Positions 58,411 through 64,000 of a DNA stretch of 64,000 nucleotides are shown here, one piece after another. The notes beneath the pieces are model-generated. The model was given only the letters and a program-made list of their open reading frames with translations, was not told where the DNA came from and made no database searches. Made by a program: the position numbers and the translations under genes. Origin of the DNA: Chthoniobacteraceae bacterium. Lineage in GTDB: Bacteria > Verrucomicrobiota > Verrucomicrobiia > Chthoniobacterales > Chthoniobacteraceae. The DNA lies in the NCBI GenBank assembly GCA_031409335.1, contig JANNWY010000304.1, positions 38,056-102,055 on the forward strand. The letters run 5' to 3'. How positions within the stretch are numbered: the stretch's first letter is position 1; every line of letters starts with the position of its first letter.

Positions 58411-58487
58411 GCCCCGCCAGTATCGTTCCGAGCGACAGCACAGCCTCCCGCAACAACGCCACCGACTCACTCACGCTTCCCACAAGG

Positions 58488-58634
58488 GGTGTGATTCAAC
58501 GTGGTGCATGGTGCAGCAATTCGTCCTCGTCCTCGTCCTCCTACTCCTACTCGAAAATTCGCGCTCCCATCGAGGACGAGTAGGAGGACGAGGACGATTC
58601 ACTTCCGGCAGCTTGCACCACATACAATCACACC
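58488..58634. mobile_element. MITE-like element with imperfect terminal inverted repeats and an internal (TCGTCC)n/(GAGGAC)n palindrome
   Basis: Left GGTGTGATTCAACGTGGTGCA versus reverse complement of right end GGTGTGATTGTATGTGGTGCA; no clear target duplication. Confidence 0.5.
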
Positions 58635-58850
58635 TTCCGCCCATCCCATCCCGCAAAACAAAAAGCGCGCCGGAGAAAGCCGACGCGCCTTTTCACAAAA
58701 GGGCAACTTCCCGTCGCAAAGTCAGATCACCATCTGCGTCGCCGGAGTGCTCCAATCGCTCGGCCCTGCCGCACCCACCCGATGTAATAGCTATAGATAA
58801 GTATAAAAAATTAGCCGTACTTTTGTACTTACCCCATGCACAAGCAATGC

Positions 58851-59285
58851 ATGGAACCGAATGTCCAACCCAACGCGGACGGTACTTTAACTATCTCGAT
58901 CACGCTGCCGCCGGCCTCGGATGAATTGAGCATGCTCGCGCAGGAGCAACGCCTCATGGAGGCGCTCAATGCAGTCGGACGCGTCGGTGCCCGGCACCTG
59001 CTTGGTGGATTCGGTGCCCATGGTGAGCCCCTCCTGGCCACGGGCCGCAAGTGGACTTCCAAGGGCAAGGTCGCCAAATTTTACGAGACGCCCTGGGGCG
59101 AGGTCCTGTTCGAACGCCATCTCTATCAACAGAGTGGCGGATGCGTGACGCTTTGCCCGTTGGAGACCCGCGCGCGCATGGTCGGCGGGACGGCCACGCC
59201 GCATCTGGCCCGTTCTCTGGCCCATAAATATGCCAATGCCAACGCGCGCGCTGTGGTGCGCGACCTGGAGGGAAATCACGCCCGC
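58851..59285 (+). pseudogene. ISKra4-family transposase, N-terminal fragment
   Basis: SML..EQ....ALN..G...KWTSKG...YETPWGEV..ERHLYQ..GG.T.CPLE..AR....TP.LA....KYA.......DLEGNHAR; similarity stops abruptly near 59285 with no DDE domain. Confidence 0.7.
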
Positions 59286-59421
59286 ACCCGCACCCGAGTT
59301 TGGCGACGGCGGGGAATTTTCCGGCCCATCCGCGCTGCCCGTCCCCGAGCCCGGCGCGCTCAGCCTGCTCGCCGTTGGCTTGGCCTGGTGGATTGGGCGG
59401 CGGCGTTCGGCGCGGGTGTGA
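59278..59421 (+). pseudogene. Orphan 3' end of a PEP-CTERM gene
   Basis: TPAPAPEFGDGGEFSGPSALPVPEPGALSLLAVGLAWWIGRRRSARV*, out of frame with the transposase fragment. Confidence 0.8.
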
Positions 59422-59644
59422 CGCCTGCGATGCGCGGGGTCAGTATTGCACCGCCAGCTCGATGCTTGGAGCGCGTCCCGCTGCCATCCAACTGGAACAA
59501 TTCGTTACTTGATCCAGCGAGGCCGGTCCGGGAGTAGTTGTTGCGCATTCGCGAGCTTTCCCGCCGAGTTGAGCGCGGTGGTGGAAGCATTTTCTTTCGA
59601 GAATCGCGGAAGGTCGCTCGGAGAATCTGCCTTTTGACAATGAT

Positions 59645-62600
59645 ATGAAAACTTCTCGCATTCTCACCCTCGGCGTCGTGTCGATGCTGATGACTCCTCT
59701 CGCCGCGATGGCTGTCACCGAGACTTGGGACGGCGGCGGCGCGGACGACAACGTCTCAACCGGGCTCAACTGGGCGGATAATTCCGCGCCGGTGAGCGAT
59801 CTGGTAAATACCGATCTGGTCTTCGCCGGAGCGGTCCGGCTCATCCCGAACTTCGCTGCCGCGTTCAGCGCGGACGGCATCACATTCGACAACACGGCTG
59901 GTTTTTTTCAACTCATCGGCGCGCGGCTCGACATTGGCGACGACGGCATCTTGAACAACGACGCCCAGCTCCAGGTGATCACCAATGCGGTCGATTTCAG
60001 CGGCGTGGCGACTTCTTCGATCGGGGCGGCGAGCGGCGGGCTGACTTTCACTGGCACCGTCACTCTGCCGGCGGGCACGCTGACGGTGGCAGGACTTTTC
60101 GAAACCAACTTCGGCCAGGTGGTCGGCACCAGCGCCAATACACTCGTGAAACAAGGCGCAGGAACGATGACGTGGTCGCCGATCATACCAACGCCGTTCG
60201 ACGTGAACATCAACGCGGGAACGCTGGCGATGGGCTCGGACGGCGTGGCGGATGTTTTCGGCTCAACCTCGACGATTGCGATCAATCCAACCGGGCTGCT
60301 GGTAATCAATGAAGAACTGACGCTCGATGGTGCGAAGCTCACGCGTGCGAGTCAGGCCGGTCTTCAGATCAAACCCGACGCACTGCTGAAGGTGCAGAAT
60401 GGCGGCGACGCCGTCATCTCGGGGGCCTTTGAGGGTGGACTGGGTTCGAACCTCACCGTGACCGGTGTCGGTTCCACGTTTTCGACGACTTCGACGCTGA
60501 CGTTTCGTGGAGACTCGATCACAGTCTCGGCAGGCGGGAGCATCTCGACGGGGACTGGCGCCATTGAGCTTGATCCCACTTCAGGCATCTCTTCCATGAT
60601 CGTGAGCGACATCGGATCGAGTGTGAGCGGCGGGAATCTCACGCTTTCTGCTGAACGCCTTTTCAATACGACGGCGATGGCAACTTTCAGCAACGGAAGC
60701 AGCGGTGCCTTCAGCCAGATTTCTGTGAGCGCGGAGGACGCGGACGATGCCGCGGCGCTAAACATCGAAAGCGGTGCGGTCGTGTCGGGGAGCGGGCTGC
60801 TGCTCGCGGACGATGCGGCGAACCTCGGGACCGCCACGGTCACGACCACTGGTGCCGGCTCGATGCTGAGCCTGACGGGCGCGGTGCCTTCGGTGATCGG
60901 CGCGGCCAGCGGCAGCAGCGGGACGCTGGCCATCGTTGACGGCGGAACCTTCGAGAGCGGCACGGGTCTCACGACGGTGAAGGCCACCGGCCTGATCACG
61001 ATTGACGACGGAACGTTCAATTCCAACGGCAATCTCACGATCGATGGCGGTCAGCTCACGCGCGATTCTGGCGGCGTCCTGACGCTGGATGCAGGCACCA
61101 CGCTCGACCTCCGAAACGGCGGTGAGGTTGTCATTACCGGCGGTTTTTCCAACACCACGGCATCGACGATCCTCCTCGTGGGTTCGGGGAGCACGCTATC
61201 CACCACGAGCTTTCTCACCGTCGCTGGCGGCAGCACGCTCAGCGTCCAGTTTGGGTCGGACGTGAGCGTTGGTGAAAATGTGAATGTGGGGACCTCGGGA
61301 AATGGCACGATCATGGTGTCCGACGCCGGATCGAGTCTGACCGGAAGAATACTTGATCTGGGGACCGGCGGGGTCGGATCCGCCACTTTCCGCATCGGCA
61401 GCACCGGCTCGTTCACTGAAATCCGCGTAGACGATTCATTCAGCACGGAGGGAGGCGGAACCCTGAATGTTCTCAGCGGCGCGGCGGTCACCGGGACGCT
61501 TCTCACGGTCGCGGAGGAACGGAGAGCCAATACCGGCACGGTCACCGTGGACGGCGTCAACTCCCAACTCACGCTCACCGGCGCAGCCACCGCGACGATC
61601 GGCGCTGAAACACTCAGCACGGGCCGGCTGGAAGTGCGAAACAGCGGCACCTTCACTGGCGGCACGGGCCTTGCCACGGTGAACGCCACCGGCACGATCG
61701 CCATCAGCGGCGGGACGATGAATGTGAACGGAAACCTCGCGCTCGAAGGCGGCCGGCTCATGCGCGACGCGGCGGGCGTGTTCAATTTTGCGCCGGGTCA
61801 CACGTTCGGCGTGCGCGGTGGTGGCGACGCAATCTTCCTCGGAGCCTACGAAACGCCTAGTGCCACGACCGTCAACGTGAGCGAGGCGGGCTCGACATTT
61901 TCCACCAGCACGGACCTGACGATCGGCGGCGGAAGCATTGTGAACATTCTCGGCGGAGGCAGCCTTTCCGCTGGCACCGCGATCCTCGCCTCGCTGGCGG
62001 GAAGCGGCACGGCGACGATCAATGGTGCCGGGTCGAGCTTTCAGGCCGATGCTTTGCGATTGGGTCAAAACGCGAACGCGGGAATCCTGACGTTCAGCAA
62101 TGGCAGCACGGGCGCGTTCGATTCGATCGAAATCGATGTTTCCGTTTTTGGCGGGACGGAGGGAACGCTGAACATCCAGAGCGGCGCGAGCGTCAGCGCA
62201 ATTGACCTGGAGATCGCTAGCACCGCAGTCACGAACACCGGCACGTTGCTCGTCACCGGCGCGGGCTCCGCACTCACGCTCAGCGACACGGCAACGATCG
62301 GCGCCGCAAGCAACAGCGTCGCCACGGTGACGATCGAGAATGGCGGCGTCTTCACCACCGGCACCGGCCTGACGACCGTGAACGCCACCGGCGACCTGAA
62401 TATCAACGCCGGTGGCACGATGATCGTGCGCGGCGACATGTTGGTGCAGAGCGCGCTGGACATCGACGATGGGGGCACCGTCATCCTCGGTGAAAGCGCA
62501 ACGCCCGCCCCGGTCCGGAATGATTTCGCGGACGCCGGGCTTCAAAGCTCTGAAATGGGAGGCTGGTTGACTCCGCACGGAAGCGGCGCGAGCACCGATT

Positions 62601-62680
62601 TCAATGTCGTCCCCGAACCCGGCGTATCCAGCTTGCTCTTGCTCGGAGTTGCCGCCCTGTTCCGCCGTCGCACGGGCTAG
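59645..62680 (+). CDS. PEP-CTERM protein with T5SS/PEP-CTERM-associated beta-helix repeats
   Basis: Signal peptide; repeated VTGVGSTF/TGAGS..; C-terminal VPEPGVSSLLLLGVAALFRRRTG. Confidence 0.88.
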   Translation: MKTSRILTLGVVSMLMTPLAAMAVTETWDGGGADDNVSTGLNWADNSAPVSDLVNTDLVFAGAVRLIPNFAAAFSADGITFDNTAGFFQLIGARLDIGDDGILNNDAQLQVITNAVDFSGVATSSIGAASGGLTFTGTVTLPAGTLTVAGLFETNFGQVVGTSANTLVKQGAGTMTWSPIIPTPFDVNINAGTLAMGSDGVADVFGSTSTIAINPTGLLVINEELTLDGAKLTRASQAGLQIKPDALLKVQNGGDAVISGAFEGGLGSNLTVTGVGSTFSTTSTLTFRGDSITVSAGGSISTGTGAIELDPTSGISSMIVSDIGSSVSGGNLTLSAERLFNTTAMATFSNGSSGAFSQISVSAEDADDAAALNIESGAVVSGSGLLLADDAANLGTATVTTTGAGSMLSLTGAVPSVIGAASGSSGTLAIVDGGTFESGTGLTTVKATGLITIDDGTFNSNGNLTIDGGQLTRDSGGVLTLDAGTTLDLRNGGEVVITGGFSNTTASTILLVGSGSTLSTTSFLTVAGGSTLSVQFGSDVSVGENVNVGTSGNGTIMVSDAGSSLTGRILDLGTGGVGSATFRIGSTGSFTEIRVDDSFSTEGGGTLNVLSGAAVTGTLLTVAEERRANTGTVTVDGVNSQLTLTGAATATIGAETLSTGRLEVRNSGTFTGGTGLATVNATGTIAISGGTMNVNGNLALEGGRLMRDAAGVFNFAPGHTFGVRGGGDAIFLGAYETPSATTVNVSEAGSTFSTSTDLTIGGGSIVNILGGGSLSAGTAILASLAGSGTATINGAGSSFQADALRLGQNANAGILTFSNGSTGAFDSIEIDVSVFGGTEGTLNIQSGASVSAIDLEIASTAVTNTGTLLVTGAGSALTLSDTATIGAASNSVATVTIENGGVFTTGTGLTTVNATGDLNINAGGTMIVRGDMLVQSALDIDDGGTVILGESATPAPVRNDFADAGLQSSEMGGWLTPHGSGASTDFNVVPEPGVSSLLLLGVAALFRRRTG

Positions 62681-62694
62681 CTTGGCGGTGGTAG

Positions 62695-63882
62695 ATGATG
62701 CACGCAGCGGCAACCCTCGGAGCCACCATCACGAATTCCTCGGTGAGCTTCAACAGCGGGAATATCACCGGGCAGGCGCTCAACTTATCGAACTCCTCAC
62801 TCAACCTGAACGGCAGCGCGACCGGAACCGCCGCCTTCCGTCACAACGGCGGCTCGGTCAACGGCACGATCGGGGAGAATACCACGGTAACTCTGGCGGG
62901 AGCGCTTGTCGGGACACGCACTTTCACTTCCAACGGATCGCTTACGAACACGGGAGAACTCATCCTCGACCAAAGCCTGGGCGGCGCCGTGGTGCTCGAT
63001 GTCAACGGACCGGCGCTCACCAACAGTCCCGCGGGCATCATGCGCGGAAGCGGCACCATCAATTTCAGCGTCGCAGGAGGCAAACTGGTGAACGAAGGAT
63101 TGATCGCTCCAAGGCTCTCCCCAGGGCAGCTTGTCGTCGAGCAGTTTCAGCAAACCTCCACGGGCAGTCTGCAGATGGGTATCGAAGGCAGGATACCGAC
63201 CGAATTCGACAACCTGATCACGACTACCCAGATCACCTTCGGCGGAACCCTCGATGTCTCGCTCGGGAATGGTTTCCAGCCGCAGGCAGGCGACGTTTTC
63301 AATCTTTTCGATTTCGGCACGCGCACCGGCACTTTCACCGAGGTGAACCTGCCCGCGCTCAACCCCGGCCTGCTCTGGAGCCAGGCGGCGCTTTACACCG
63401 CCGGAGAAATCCAGGTCGCGCTCGATCCCGTCTTCATCAGCCGCACTTGGGATGGCGGCGGCGCGAATAACAACTGGATCACCGACAACAACTGGACGCT
63501 CGACGTGCAACCGCTGAACAACGCGACGGCCGATCTCATCTTCACCGGAAACGTGCGCCTCGCGCCGAGCGTGGACGCGCCGTGGAATGTCCACTCGATC
63601 ACTTTCAACAACGCGGCGGGCGCGTTCACCATCACCGGCCCGCAAGGCGTGACTATCGGCACCAGCGGCATCGTGAACAACGACACGCAAACGCAGACGA
63701 TCACCGCCGCGATCACGCTCAGCGCGAGCGAGAGCTTCAACGCGGCGGCGGGCGATCTCGCGATCAGCAGCGTCGCGCTCTCCGGGCAAACGCTCACGCT
63801 CACCGGCGCGAACGACATCGTCCTCGTCACCGCGAGCGGTACCGGCACCATCGAAAAAGAGGGATTGCTCAACAGGTATTGA
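62695..63882 (+). pseudogene. Internal fragment of a large autotransporter-like/PEP-CTERM-type protein, truncated by an IS
   Basis: No signal peptide; GGTLDVSL..GF.PQAGDVFNLFDF..LP.L..GL.W domain; TWDGGG module; ends mid-repeat GTGTIEKEG|LLNRY*. Confidence 0.7.
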
Positions 63883-64000
63883 CAACGAGCGGGAGAAGCT
63901 GGCAAGCAGAGGGAATGAAATGCCAACATTGTGAAAGTGAGGAAGTGGTCAAGAACGGGAGCAGCCGGCATGGTCGGCAGCGCTGGCTGTGCCGAAGGTG
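63861..64000 (+). mobile_element. IS1-like insertion sequence, left end and start of transposase (partial)
   Basis: GGGATTGCTCAAC end-like sequence; ATG 63915 MKCQHCESEEVVKNGSSRHGRQRWLCRR, an InsA-type zinc ribbon. Confidence 0.7.

Noticed and set aside
58661..58765. Minus-strand ...AIGALRRRRW* plus terminator as another PEP-CTERM remnant
   Set aside because: No PEP motif or full TM segment; too short to support
58836..59537. 233-aa ORF as an intact gene
   Set aside because: Chimera of a transposase fragment and out-of-frame read-through of a PEP-CTERM tail
62690..62703. GGTAGATGATGCAC as a second IS1-type end
   Set aside because: Short, does not match the 63861 end well, and could be chance
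1..64000. Many long antisense or alternate-frame ORFs (e.g. 1449-3110, 20314-22383, 28732-30738, 33474-35390, 49581-52445)
   Set aside because: Shadow ORFs of real genes in high-GC DNA; Arg/His-rich with no motifs

Overview
GC-rich chromosomal segment, almost certainly from a Verrucomicrobiota bacterium (Chthoniobacterales/Spartobacteria-like). The lineage call rests on a PVC-restricted Minf_1886-type gene, several PEP-CTERM proteins, a lamin-tail/CotH protein, futalosine-pathway mqnD and DUF1800/DUF1501 pairs. Housekeeping genes (msrB, gpmI, eda, crcB, mqnD, kdsD, rpsU, recQ, pgl, sixA, fabG, tlyA, nadK) and two tRNAs (Gln-TTG, Ile2-CAT) are interspersed with large secreted or surface proteins. 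Highlights: (1) a tandemly duplicated giant DUF1800 + Tat-exported DUF1501 operon with a membrane-tethered GspG-like gene; (2) a 19-bp near-palindrome TGTAGGAC-N5-CYKWCA upstream of both DUF1800 operons and two PEP-CTERM genes, a candidate surface-protein regulon; (3) a 1.2-kaa FN3-containing secreted protein ending in a two-CxxCH cytochrome domain; (4) several palindromic intergenic repeats; (5) an IS-damaged PEP-CTERM region at the right end (ISKra4-like and IS1-like remnants). All family calls come from motif recognition by eye; no database searches were run.
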